DNA of 64,000 bases from Eledone cirrhosa (taxonomy: Eukaryota), in contig OZ024747.1 of assembly GCA_964016885.1 (NCBI GenBank), positions 51,026,001-51,090,000 on the forward strand, read 5' to 3'. Position 1 is the stretch's first letter. Each line of letters starts with the position of its first letter. Below, piece by piece: positions 1-13,894 of the stretch. Made by a program: the position numbers and the translations under genes. Under the pieces are notes generated by a model, which worked only from the letters and a program-made list of their open reading frames with translations, searched no databases and was not told where the DNA came from.

Positions 1-55
1 CCAGCAAAAATTAGGTATTAGGGTTGGTGTGCTCTGAAATAGCGATGTATACATG
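1..55 (-). mobile_element. Fragment of the hammerhead-bearing repeat family also at 53.1-53.4k and 63.15-63.6k (cut by window edge)
   Basis: ccagcaaaaattaggtattagggttggtgtgctctgaaatagcgatg matches the reverse complement of 53142-53187 and resembles 63460-63505. Confidence 0.55.
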
Positions 56-121
56 AATGTATGTATGGTATATTTGATATGATATAATATATACATATAT
101 ATTACATCATATTATATATAT

Positions 122-310
122 GGCAGTGGATTGGCAGTATCGGTAGAGGGTCGGACGCCATATTTGACGCATAGAGTTACGGCCCTTGCCATTCTGAGTT
201 CAAATCCAGCCGAGGTTAACTTTGCCTTTCATCCTTACGGGGTCGATAAAATAAAGTACCAGTAATGTACTGGGTAATTGCTGGCCTTGTGCCAATAGTA
301 GAAACAATTA
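122..310 (+). mobile_element. tRNA-derived SINE, family A (Deu/Nin-like core)
   Basis: A-box-like TGGCAGTATCGG, B-box GAGTTCAAATCC, core GCCTTTCATCCTTACGGGGTCGATAAAATAAAGTACCAG, tail CCTTGTGCCAATAGTAGAAACAATTA; more than 15 copies in window. Confidence 0.9.
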
Positions 311-393
311 TATATATAATTCGTTTATGTATTTGTTTTACAAGATTCTTGGCGTGAAATCATGCGTTGAAGCAGATAATGTTATACTTTGAT

Positions 394-640
394 AGGGCTG
401 AGTGGTTAGAGAATTGGATTCGCAATCGTGTGGTTGTGATTTCGATTCCCATACCGGGAGACGTGGTATGTCCTTGAGCAATACACTTTATTACACGTTC
501 TCCTCCTGCCTGGATTTGCGACCGACTGATAGTATTAGCAGTTGGAAGAACCAATGGCAAAATCGTTTCCTCGGTTCGATTTGACGAGCCCCACCACGCT
601 TGTTAAGGAAATGAGGTGTGGGATTTTGTCAATCGACTTT
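394..640 (+). mobile_element. Degenerate tRNA-derived SINE, family B (CORE-like)
   Basis: GGCTGAGTGGTTAGAG A-box, TTCGATTCCC B-box, followed by TGTCCTTGAGCAATACACTTT CORE-like motif; related to 14385-14705; right boundary approximate. Confidence 0.55.
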
Positions 641-648
641 TGCATGTC

Positions 649-677
<29 letters not shown>

Positions 678-682
<5 letters not shown>

Positions 683-888
683 AAAAAGTAGGACCCCGAC
701 GGCTGAGCTCAAGCCGTTTCGACGGCTAATTCTGGACTAAAATGATTTTAGTCCAGAATTAGCCGTCGAAACGGCTTGAGCTCAGCCGTCGGGGTCCTAC
801 TTTTTCCTATTACCCACTCTACTACCCTAAGTATTGAGTACTTTGGTGCGTTATGGTCCACCTGGTTCCTAACCACATTTCCTCCGTT
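678..888 (+). mobile_element. Penelope-like pLTR fragment with perfect palindrome, inserted in (TA)n
   Basis: Perfect 66-bp arms 678-743/745-810 around G744; right arm has the hammerhead 3' half GAAA-cggcttgagctcagccg-TC; (TA)n on both sides; homologous to 5798-5975. Confidence 0.65.
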
Positions 889-1114
889 ATATATATATAT
901 ATATATATATTCTGCCTTGCATCATTTTCAAATTATTACTCTCATTTTAATCACACTTATATTATATTTATATTTGTTATTTATCTATTTACCATTAATT
1001 TGGTACACATTTCTTCATTTTAACTGTCATATTTATAGTAACTACTTATAATCTGGCTGTTTCCTCATCTTTTTAATTACACATCCGATTTTTATTTATT
1101 CGCTTTATTTATAG

Positions 1115-1612
1115 CAGAGATTCTCAAACCTTTTGGGGCCACGTAATATCCCTCAGTCAGCGCCCCCACACAACCCTATTTCCAGACGCCTACACGCAAA
1201 TTATAAATAATATATAATAAAGAAAATCGTTAATATATAAATAATTGTTTCTACTTTAGGCACAAGGCCAGCAATTATCCAGTAAATTACTGGTACTTTA
1301 TTTTATCGACCCCCGTAAGGATAAAAGGCAAAGTCAACCTCGGCGGGATTTGATCTCAGATCGTAAAGGGACGTAACTATGCTGGAAAGCATGTCCGACA
1401 CTCTACCGATACTGCCAATCCACCGCCCTAATATATATATAATGATTGATATAATATATACTATGTATAAATAAATGTTATATATTTTTATTTTACTATA
1501 TTTATAAATATGTATTATTTAACATTTAATATACTATTATATCATCTCTACCGCCCCCTCTACCAGTGCTCCCTGAACCTTCTCAAAGTAGCGCCCACTT
1601 TGAGAATTATTG
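1115..1612. mobile_element. hAT(Charlie)-like MITE remnant with nested SINE
   Basis: Imperfect TIRs CAGAGATTCTCAAA / TTTGAGAATTATTG; no clear 8-bp TSD. Confidence 0.4.
1241..1427 (-). mobile_element. SINE family A
   Basis: Reverse complement of the 122-310 consensus. Confidence 0.9.
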
Positions 1613-1680
1613 TATTATCTTTTAACTCTTCTTCTTTTTAGCATTTGCATTTGTAATATCTATTTAATATTATTTGTTAT

Positions 1681-1793
1681 ATAATTGTTTCTACTTTTGG
1701 CATAAGGCCAGCAATTACGCAGTGCATTACTGGTACTTTATTTTATCGACCCTGTAAGGATGAAAGGCAAAGTAAACCCCGGCGGGATTTGAA
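1681..1793 (-). mobile_element. SINE family A, 5'-truncated
   Basis: Tail and core present, ends at B-box. Confidence 0.85.
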
Positions 1794-1809
1794 TGTTTGT
1801 TATATAATG

Positions 1810-3108
1810 TTTGAATAAAAGACGACATGGTCATATCTGGAACGCCTTCGATTATAGGTCTACTCAACCGTTGCTGACTTCGGGTTCAATAAGAACAGCC
1901 AGCTCATGAGCGTCCCTGTTTTTAGTTAAACACTTTATTTTATTTATTTATGTATTGTGGTAGTAGTAGTTGTTGCTGTTTTGTCCCAAGTCAGCCATGA
2001 TCGAGCAGACAATGACTAAAATATTTTAGTCGTGATCATCTCGCATTTTTCCATGATCACATTATCCAGCGAGACCCTTTTTTATGACTGGGTTATGGTT
2101 TGAGAACGGAGGTAGTTTGGACATAGGAACATTTGAGCAACGCCTTGAGGTCCAAAGCGTCTGGTTTTGAAATTTAGCTGAAAGAAATGTCCTGAAATTT
2201 GAGGCCATAACTGCAGTACAAAGACATGAAACGAAAACGAACCTCGCCTTAACTAAAAGTGAAAACACACCTCTAGTCCACAACAGTCAATAATCTGTTA
2301 ATTAGTGTTTCTCGGATTTAAGAGCAAGCTCGCTATGATTGGGAGAAATTTGGTTGTTATTTCTAGCTTGTTAATTAGTGTTTCTCGGATTTAAGAGCAA
2401 GCTCGCTATGATTGGGAGTTATTTGGTTGTTATTTCTAGCTTGTTGAAATACTGCACAGTTGTTCCTTTGTTGATTCTCGAATCTCCGTAGTTGGATGCA
2501 TGTATGAAAGGAAAGGAGATGGAGCAGGGGAGAGGGAGGGGGCGTGTGAAATTAATTAAATATGAAGTAAACAAGGAGTGTAAACAAGGTTAGCAAATAC
2601 GGGAAGTAAATAAAGGGACTTAATAAAGGGAGCAAATAAAGGGAGTTAATAGAGTAAATGAAAATATAAAAAAGGGAGAGGAATATTTGAAAAGAAAAGG
2701 AAATAGTTATAAAGGACTGTAAATGTGACGAAGTCAAATTATTGCAAAGATTTCATCATTTTGGGGTCAATAAAATGAAGTGCACCTCATTTAAAAATAT
2801 AGGTCGGTGGTTAATGTCATAGGTGTAGAATAAAAGACAAGATAGTCAAGACCGGAGCGCTTTTGATTATATGCCTGCTGGAGCATTGCTGACCTAGGCC
2901 CAAATAATGACATTAGCAACTTAAACCATTACGTGTTCTCTGGACATGCTAGAAAGAACAGCCAAGTCTCATTCAAATTACACCTTAAAGTAGGAAATTG
3001 GATAATGTAGTTTCAGATATGTACTATTTGAATAAAAGACAAGATCTTCATTTCTGGGACGCCTCTGAGGTACTATACCATTGATAACTTTGGGTTCAAT
3101 GAGAATAG
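1810..3108 (+). repeat. Dispersed degenerate copies of an ~80-bp old repeat (about 1810-1895, 2828-2905, 3027-3108)
   Basis: Shared motif GAATAAAAGAC...CTGGAACGCCT...GTTGCTGACTTCGGGTTCAAT. Confidence 0.5.
2296..2441 (+). repeat. 73-bp tandem duplication
   Basis: tgttaattagtgtttctcggatttaagagcaagctcgctatgattgggag...ttctagct present twice with 2 mismatches. Confidence 0.9.
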
Positions 3109-3164
3109 CTAAGTAAACTGTACTCACTGGTGAACATTTTTTTAATATTATATTGCATTGCTAT

Positions 3165-3423
3165 ATAAGGATGAAAGGTAAAGCTATCTCGCCGAGATTA
3201 GCTTTGCCTTTCATCCTTATGGGGTTGATAGAATAAAGCACTAGTAATGTACTGGGGTAATTGCTGGCCTTGTACCAAAAGTAGAAACAATTATTATATA
3301 GCTTTGCCTTTCATCCTTACGGGGTTGATAAAATAAAGTACCAGTAACACACTGGGTTCCATTTAATCGACTTTCCCCTCTCCCTAAATTGCTAGCCTTG
3401 TGCCTATAGTAGAAATCATTATT
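3165..3423 (+). mobile_element. Two truncated SINE-A copies; the first has an inverted 5' segment
   Basis: aaggatgaaaggtaaagcta-tctcgccgagat-tagctttgcctttcatcctt fold-back, then core+tail; second core+tail at 3300-3423. Confidence 0.8.
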
Positions 3424-3774
3424 ACAATATTTCATCACTAAATATAGTCAATAATGTCACGGAACTCTACTTTTAATTGGCAATATGTAGCATCTTAGGT
3501 AGTGTGTGTGTGTGGGGGGTCAGTAGAGCATCGGACAAAATACTTTGCAGCATTTAGTTATGGTTCTTTACTTTCGGAGTTGAAACTCTACCGCGGTCAA
3601 CATTGCATTATTCAGATGTGGATATGATAAAGTACTTAGTCACTCAGTGAGGTCAACAAAATTGACATTCACCACTCTACTCATCACAGGTCTTGTGGCT
3701 AAATTAGAAAAAAAACATGTGGCAGCATTCTGGAGTGACGCTGAATGGTGTACAGTGGCTGTTAGATTTTCTGA

Positions 3775-4672
3775 ACCCTTTTATGTATCGGGGTGCGTGG
3801 GGTGGGGTCTCTCAGAGCGATCATGGTTTACTTTGCATAACTTTAGTTACAAAGACTGGATATCAAATTTTGTAACAAGAAAAATCAAAGAAATATCGTC
3901 GTTTTACACCCTCTATTCAACTCCTGCTATTTGCGTGGCAACAGGGAAAATCCTTTCAGAATCAGGGATGTGAGCATTTAACAGGGTAAATCTCAGGAAC
4001 CATCACCAAATTTCAGTGAAAAATCTTCTAATTTCAAGATTACCAATCTAATGTATGCATTTTGAGTTGCATATCAACGCTGTTTCCATGGCAACCACGT
4101 GGTTACCATGGCAATTTTTTTAATCCATTTTGCAAATTTTTTGACAGTATTGTTTCAATATTAGTGAAGGTGTATTGTTTCAATATTAGAGAAGTACCTA
4201 TATATATATATATATATATAGTACCTCTATATATACAGTACCTATATATACAGTACCTATATATACAGTACCTAAATATACAGTACCTATATACATACAG
4301 TATCTATACATATACAGTACCTATATATATATATATACGGTATCTATATATACAGTACCTCTATATGACAGTACCTCTATATGATAGTACTTATATATAC
4401 AGTACCTATATCCCTGCAAATTTTCATGGTCGTTGAATAATAGGTTCTGGAAAAAGAACTAAATGTTAACACATCTGGGTACAACTGATGACGTCAGCAA
4501 CATTTTTGTAACGCGGAAATGTTTGACTATTAATGGTTTATACTTATTTTTGAATGTCATGGCTTTAGTGGTTCAGGAATAAACCAGGAAGGGAGGGGGT
4601 GGGGGCAGAGAGCCCCACCCCATTTCTTCCAGGTTTACGGATACCCTAAAACGACCAGGTTTTATAGAGTGA
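3775..4672. mobile_element. Possible non-autonomous DNA-transposon remnant with internal ~15-bp (cagtacctatatata)n repeat at 4193-4411
   Basis: Subterminal inverted motifs ggggtggggtctctc / gagagccccacccc; termini degenerate. Confidence 0.3.
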
Positions 4673-5199
4673 ACACTTGTATTTTTATCTTTGGCATGTT
4701 GATCGATTCCGAATTTTAGAGGGTTATTTTTTAAAAAATAAAAAATTAGAATTATACGCAGTAATTTACTGTATATAAATATCAACTACCAAAACATGTA
4801 TCAGGAGATGAAACCAACCGTTACTGTGTTCATACATCCACTTATTTCACTTAAAAGCGTCAATAATTGCATCATCTTTATGTAATCTTTTATATGATAG
4901 CCCAGGTTTTTTTGTTTTTTTTTTACACTGGGGCGTCGTTGTCATTCATTTTATTCCAATATAGTGAAACGAGATCATTTATGAAAAGGCGTAAGGGGTA
5001 TGTGAGTTTCTGCAATAGCTTGACGTGTTAATAGTAGTAGCCATCCCATGAATAAATGTGATATGTGTGTGTTGTTTGTCCATCGGTAATCGATGATGAT
5101 AACTTTGACTACATAAATAATTGGGTTTTATGCGTTCATAAATGGCGGATGAGTTCGATTTTGCTACAGAAATAATAGCCATATGTAAGGTAGAATAAA

Positions 5200-5480
5200 G
5201 TACATATTGTCGCAGACTTTAAATGTAGTACAGTTGATCAGGATTTGTAGAGTCCATGTTCGGCTTACACAAATTAAATACGTTTCTCTGCGAGGATTTT
5301 AGTTTTTGATGATGAGTTTGCACCATAGGGTCTTATTCCGAACAAGCTGTTCCCAAGGTTTTACATTAATATTCAGGCTTCCAGAGTTGCTTTCAGCCTA
5401 TTCTCATAGTGCTTTTCTGATTGTCAGCTGTTCTCTCTGATACCTTCTTGAAAAATTGAAGGGTACATTGAATAGTATTA
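5200..5480 (-). mobile_element. Decayed RTE-type LINE 3' coding fragment
   Basis: Minus-strand translation ...NINVKPWEQLVRNKTLWCKLI resembles the RTE C-terminal W..LA.DR..WR motif. Confidence 0.45.
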
Positions 5481-5623
5481 ACCGAAATCCCCGCAAAATG
5501 AGAAAATGCTTACCACTGCCTGCATGAGTCGCTATACGTAGTTTCTCGTTTCCAATCTTCAGGGCAATTGAGAAAATCCGTGAGATATGTTATTCATCTC
5601 CAATACATACACACAGACAGATA

Positions 5624-5797
<174 letters not shown>

Positions 5798-5972
5798 GGA
5801 AAAGAGTCAGGTCCCCGACGGCAGATCTCCGGGCGCTTCGACAGCTAGATCCGAAACTGCCGGAGCTCTGCCGTCGGGGTCCTGACTCTTTTACTTTTAC
5901 CCACTCTACTTACCCTAAGTATCGAGTACTCTGGTGCGTTATAGTCCACTTGGTTCCTTACCACACTTTCTT

Positions 5973-5975
<3 letters not shown>
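5798..5975 (+). mobile_element. Penelope-like pLTR fragment with inverted repeat (relative of 678-888)
   Basis: aaaagagtcagg-ccccgacggcaga / tctgccgtcgggg-cctgactctttt arms; GAAA...GTC half-motif; shared tail acccactctac(t)taccctaagtat; flanked by (TA)n. Confidence 0.65.
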
Positions 5976-6032
<57 letters not shown>

Positions 6033-6048
6033 CATGTATATATATTGA

Positions 6049-6300
6049 ATAAAATGACAGGAGGCCGGACTGGTGAAATTCCTTCAAAGTTTTATTTCTG
6101 TAAATACTATTTACATTTCAGTGGCCAGGTTACGTAGAATCCTGGTGGCAACATCAGGTGTATATTGCATAATAGTTATATAATAAAGAAATAATGGTAA
6201 ACACAATCCTAAAGATTAAAAGTAGAGAAAGCAGAGAAAAAATGGTTTGACTCGAAGGCGATCAGTTGGCTACGTGTTGGTATTTGGACTGACCATAAAT
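6049..6300 (-). mobile_element. Penelope-like pLTR fragment with degenerate hammerhead (6104-6161)
   Basis: Minus strand acac-CTGATGT-stem II ccagg/cctgg-GAAA-tgtaaa-TA-gtat, followed by the ccagtccggcctcctgt motif shared with 9181-9198 and 42913-42929. Confidence 0.55.
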
Positions 6301-7101
6301 ATGTGTGTGTGTGTGTGTGTTTGTGTGGGTATGTGTTTGTGTGCGTGTGTGCGCGCGCGTGTGTGTGTGTGTGTGTGTGTACGTGTGTGAGTGTATCAGG
6401 AGACAGCAAGAGAGAGAGAGAAACGTGTGCACGTTCGTATTTGTGTTTATGTGTTTGGTACATCGGTTAAAAACCCGTGTCGTGTCAAAAGTATGATCAA
6501 CTAAATCCCAGCAGTGTCTCTGCAGGATCACAGGCTGATACAAGTAAAAAGAATAAATAATAAAGGATATTGTATTATTGAGTAGTCTTAGATTAACTCT
6601 TCGATTGATTTAGCTTTTCGGGGTCTTCCTTGCCATAATATTTCTACTCCTTTTTCGCTTTATTTCTTTTTCGTTCTTTTGATTTCTGATACATTTTGTC
6701 GTTTCAACACAATCCTTATTATTATCCTTGATGGCGTTATTGAGGTTAATATTGTTGTTGCTGTCGTCTTTGTTGTTAGTATCATCGTGGGTTGTGCCAT
6801 TTTTGTTGTTGTTGTTAGTGCCATCCTGTATCGTGCTATTTCTAATATTATTGTTGTCATCATTATTGTTTCATCATCGTCGTTGTTATTTTTTTATTGT
6901 CGTCGTTGGTGTTCTCTTTATGGTCGTCATGGTCATTATTTATGTTCTTACTGTAGTTGTTGATGTTGCTGCCATCATGGCTGCTAGTTTTCTCATCATG
7001 GTTGCCGTCCTTGTCATTGTTGTTTAGCCCCAGGTCTTCCCTGACGAATCCAACGCATATATCTATATCTATATGTATGTGTGTGTATATACATATATAT
7101 A

Positions 7102-7220
<119 letters not shown>

Positions 7221-7248
7221 TATAGTAAGATAGATAGATATATAGATA

Positions 7249-7741
7249 CGGTATATACCGACATAGAAGTCGATCCGACGCAGAGTCAACCCTTAACATT
7301 CTGAGGCGTAATTCAGGTTAATGCCTTTATTCGCCGGATAAGATGACTCCCTGACCCCCGAAAGTTAAGGCAGTTGCAGAGTAAATAATTCAAAAAATTT
7401 AGTGGCACGCTAAAGGCTAAGACACTTTTTCTAAAACACTTCAGTCGCAAGTGAATTCTAACTCATTGAGTAAACCAGCCTAGCCAAACCTTAACGAACC
7501 TATGGTAACCTACCCTATAAGCTACGTCAAATAGACTTAACAAATATGAGATTCAGTAGGAAATAACAGTGGCGGGCTGTTAGATTTATGGTAAGTGGTG
7601 TACGAGTGTTAGGCAGTCAGTTTCATTGTTTACTCCTTAGTGGTAAAGTTTCACATTTTATATTCGGCGGACAAGTCAACCCCTGATTTTTGAGAGATAT
7701 TTTTAGACTCCAAATGACGACTTGTACGTCGGCATATACAG
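7249..7741. mobile_element. Tc2/pogo-like MITE
   Basis: Imperfect ~24-bp TIRs CGGTATATACCGACATAGAAGTCG / CGACTTGTACGTCGGCATATACAG, TA on left flank, subterminal gtcaaccc repeats. Confidence 0.6.
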
Positions 7742-7753
7742 TGTATATATATA

Positions 7754-7838
<85 letters not shown>

Positions 7839-7918
7839 GAGATAAGCGGAGCAAGAAAGATTCAAACAATTTTTTAAATAAATAAAAAAATATAATTTAA
7901 ATATTCACCTATTCCTTT

Positions 7919-8000
7919 TGCTTTTACCGACGGTTTCACCTCACAAAAGATTGGAAATCCTAGGGACTTCCAATGGAAATGTTCGGATCTTCAGAAAGCA
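7919..8000 (-). ncRNA. Type I hammerhead ribozyme (mirror copy)
   Basis: Reverse complement of 8278-8359. Confidence 0.7.
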
Positions 8001-8277
8001 TTTTCCCTACCTAGGACGTAAAGTCCCAGGAACGGCAAAATATATTGCTAACTGCCAGGTAGTACAGGGTCGAATGAGGCCGTAAACTTCACCTACACAT
8101 GAACCAGCCCTTAGTAGAAGCGGAAGTAAACATAGACATGTTGTCTATCACGCCACTAAAAATAGCAACTAAATAAAACAACGGATTTGTTCTCTACATA
8201 ACGGATAATATATAAAAAGGAGATCAATATCCCAACAGGTTGCCGTTCCTGGGATTTTACGTCCTAGGTAGGGAAAA

Positions 8278-8359
8278 TGCTTTCTGAAGATCCGAACATT
8301 TCCATTGGAAGTCCCTAGGATTTCCAATCTTTTGTGAGGTGAAACCGTCGGTAAAAGCA
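8278..8359 (+). ncRNA. Type I hammerhead ribozyme
   Basis: Stem I TGCTTT/AAAGCA, CTGAAGA 8284-8290, long stem II (attggaagtcc/ggatttccaat), GAAA 8341-8344, palindromic stem III ACCGtCGGT, GUA cleavage after 8353. Confidence 0.75.
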
Positions 8360-8550
8360 AAAGTAATTGGTGAATATTTAAATTATATTTTTTAATTTAT
8401 TTTAAAAAAATATTTGAAACTTGCTTGCTCCGCTTATCTCAATTTTATAGTTCTGGTATGTCAAATGAATACCATAGAACAACCACTGTATCATAGACAC
8501 CCTATATATTTCCAGGGGTACTTAGTGCATGTGGTGATATTGATCTCCTT

Positions 8551-8718
<168 letters not shown>

Positions 8719-8919
8719 CACTCTCGCCTATTTCTTTTCCTGCACCTCTCTCTTCTAGTCCTTCCATGTCTTTCTTTATATATTCTTATATCTTTTTGCC
8801 CTTCTATCTATCTATCAATATTATATCTACCTCCCCTTGTATGCATATATATATATATATATGTCATATATAATAAAATAACAGGAGCTGAACTGGTGTA
8901 AATCCTTGAAAGGTTTATT

Positions 8920-8977
8920 ATACTATGATCATTTCAATGACCGGGTTCCGTATGAATCCGGTGATATCATCAGGTAT
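8920..8977 (-). ncRNA. Type I hammerhead ribozyme (mirror copy)
   Basis: Reverse complement of 9100-9157 with one change in stem II. Confidence 0.65.
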
Positions 8978-9099
8978 TCGAAATATAACAAGGGAGGGCG
9001 ACCGACTGAGGTAGAAGATGCTAGATGGTCGGTCGCCCTCTTGTCTTTGATTTTCGGTCCCATGGATTTTATCTGTTATATTCCTTTGTTATATTTCGA

Positions 9100-9157
9100 A
9101 TACCTGATGATATCACCGGATTCATACTGAACCCGGTCATTGAAATGATCATAGTAT
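9100..9157 (+). ncRNA. Minimal type I hammerhead ribozyme
   Basis: ATAC-CTGATGA(9104-9110)-stem II accggattca/tgaacccggt-GAAA(9142-9145)-palindromic TGATCA-TA-GTAT. Confidence 0.7.
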
Positions 9158-9352
9158 AATAAACCTTTCAAGGGCTTACACCAGTCCAGCCTCCTGTTAT
9201 TTTATAATAATTAACTCCGTACTCGCACCACCAACTACACAAACGAAGACGGGTGAGTTGCATTACGTTGAGTACTCTCCATAATATTACATCAAGATTG
9301 ACCATACGGAATGACCAATTCTATCCAGTGGTGATCCAACAAACCTAAATAA

Positions 9353-9402
<50 letters not shown>

Positions 9403-10513
9403 TGAGTTTTTTACATTGATTTAATTTATTAATTATTTGAGTGACCCGAATCTTCCCGGTCGTTCTTTTTCGGCTGCACGGGTGATTTTAGGCATGATCT
9501 CTGTGTGTTGGTATTTTAACGATAGTTATAGCTCTGGTCTATCCAAACTATTGAACCCTCTGCCACACATGTCGGATATTGTTTATCGTGATTTCGTGGG
9601 CCGATATTCCGATTCTCGATCATTCTACTGTATATATATATATATACATATATATAAATATCTAGCGATATAAATGTATCAGACATATCAAACTTTAACA
9701 AGAGACAGTCTGTATAGAATGCAAGAATACATAGTTCGTTAGAGAATCATTTTTAAATTTAACAAAAATTTAAAATATAGATACCTGATAAAAATCATAT
9801 ATATCACCCTCATATGTATCCTTCACGAAACATAAATACATTTCACCAAATATCGGTGAAGTTAGATAATCGATTTTGAATCATCAGTGAGGGAATCGAT
9901 CCATCTAAACTTACACCCGTTAACATACAGAACTGAAGGCGACGAGAAAAGCTCATAGTATTATATAAAAAAACAACAATGCATGCAGTCAACGCCCACA
10001 TTGACAAGAAAGGTTTCAGGCCAACTAGAAATAGCAGTCGAACCTCTCTATATATTAAACAGCTCAAACAAATAGGAGCATAAATATAGTTTATATATTA
10101 CATTCAAAGTTGTTCATATATATATATGTATATGCGTGTGTGTGTGGTGTGTGTCTGTGGGTGTGTGTGTATTCCTTTCTATTTTCTTTTCTCCTTATTC
10201 CCGTCTCTACCTCTATTCCGCTCCCCCTCTCTCTCTGTCTCTCTCACTCTCTTTCTCTCTCTCTCTGCCTCTCGCTCCCTCTCTCTCTCTATCTCTCACT
10301 CTCTTTCTCACTTTCTCTCTTTGTCTCTCTGTCTCTCTCTCTGTCTCTCTCACTCTCTATCTCTCTCTATCTCTCTGTCTCTCCATCTCACTCTCTCTCT
10401 CTCCCTGTCTCCCCCCCCCCTCTCTCTCTCTCTCTCTCACTCACACTCTCTCCCGCTTTCTCTCTCTCTCACTCTCACTCTCACTCTCTCCCGCTTTCTC
10501 TCTCTCCCGCTCC

Positions 10514-10548
<35 letters not shown>

Positions 10549-11039
10549 TCTCTCATCTTCATTTCAACAAAATAAATATATAAATATAAATGAACTATAA
10601 TTAAACAGATACATAAGTAGAATAAAATAACAATAAAATAACAATAAAATAAAATAAATTAAAATAAATTAAAATAAATAAAATAAAATAAAATAAAATA
10701 AAATAAAATGAAATAAAAAAAAATATACAGAACAAAATACAACATGGTTATCTGCTACCACATCTCTGCCACACCTCCACCTTATCCTCCCGTTTTACTA
10801 TAGACTTGCAAGCAATACACATATACACACACTCAATGAATGTGTATGAATGTATGCGTCTATATATTATATTATATGTATGTAAATATATACATACACA
10901 AACTCGGTGAATATGTATGAGTGTATGCATGTATATATTATATCACACAGTCAGTTAATGTATATGAATGTATGCATGTATATATGATATATTATATTAT
11001 ATATGTATGTTAATATATGCACTTTTACACTCATTGAAT

Positions 11040-12720
<1,681 letters not shown>

Positions 12721-13042
12721 TATATGTTTTATGTCGTGTCAAATTTTATTTTCATTTTTATCTTCTAATTTATATCTGGCCCCTTAAAGATCAGTCACCC
12801 GTTTCTTTGCTGACCAATGTTTCCGCGGCTCATTAAAGATTGTCTAATGTTTAATGCTACGTATGAATCCCGTCTCTTTTCTCTGATTCTCCCCCCCCCC
12901 CCCCCCACCACCACCACCACACTTGTGTAACAGTGTCATCCTACTAATACAACTCTCAACTTCTTACTCCCTCTCTCTAACTCATTCTGTAACAGTGTCC
13001 TCTTACCACCCCTACCTCCTGCCTCTCTCTCTCTCTCTCTCA

Positions 13043-13101
<59 letters not shown>

Positions 13102-13205
13102 CCTTCTCTTCTCTTCTCTTTCTCTCTCTTTCGCATTTTCGTTACTGTTGGATCTTTCGATTATATGCCCTGGTGTTTTTATAACCCCTTGACTCAAAAT
13201 TTTGC

Positions 13206-13280
<75 letters not shown>

Positions 13281-13894
13281 GTGTGTGTGTGTGTGTGTGT
13301 GAGTATAAACCAGTTTCTGCCACTCTTCTTATATTCAACCGTATCTCTAACTTTACACTCCTTCTTATTTACACTCTCTTCTACTCTATAATCTACTCTC
13401 ACTTTCTCTCATATGTTCTCCCATCTCTCACCCTCCCCTCCTATCTGTCACCACATCATTCCGTCCTGCTTTGCGTCATTAACTCTTCACAATTTAACGT
13501 AACTCACAAAAACCACCTCACATTTTACCCGCTACTTACCCTTCTTTCTTTTGTTTTTTACCTCCATACCCTTGCCCTCCTACCCTGTCTGCCTCCGCCT
13601 CTTACTCCACCCTTTCCTTTGCTATTTCGGAGGGGAGGATGGAGCTGTGTTTAGTGAGTGAAGGAGTGAGAAATTTCTCAGCTTTAATTTCAACGAGATT
13701 CATCACAATTCTGCCAACTTTAGTCACCTTCCATTTCATATCACTACCCTGTTTCCTCCCCTCCTCCTTCTCCTATCCCCTCTTCTTCCCTCCTTCCATA
13801 TTATCGTGGTTGTTCTCGGTCTGTGTCTCGTGTCTCTCTACATCTACCTCCATGCTGACTGTCGTTCGGACATGAGACACAATGTCTTTTAATA

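Larger units (their letters stand above)
7835..8545. mobile_element. Inverted-repeat hammerhead element (non-autonomous Penelope-like)
   Basis: ~205-bp arms 7835-8038 and 8240-8444, each with a complete hammerhead, ~200-bp spacer, short unique tail, (TA)n both sides. Confidence 0.75.
8872..9355. mobile_element. Inverted-repeat hammerhead element (second family)
   Basis: ~120-bp arms 8872-8992 and 9086-9206; spacer contains hairpin gagggcgaccga/tcggtcgccctc; unique tail to ~9355 then (TA)n. Confidence 0.75.

Noticed and set aside
122-210. tRNA gene
   Set aside because: A/B boxes present but no cloverleaf, and it continues into a SINE core and tail repeated many times
5528-5570. Minus-strand CTGAAGA...GAAA...TA hammerhead-like motif
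   Set aside because: Stem I does not pair and stem II is marginal; at best a heavily decayed relic
9430-10085. Protein-like fragments (minus PTCGRGFNS...; plus HQISVKLDNRF...)
   Set aside because: Stop-interrupted with no recognisable domain; probably old TE debris but unassignable without a search
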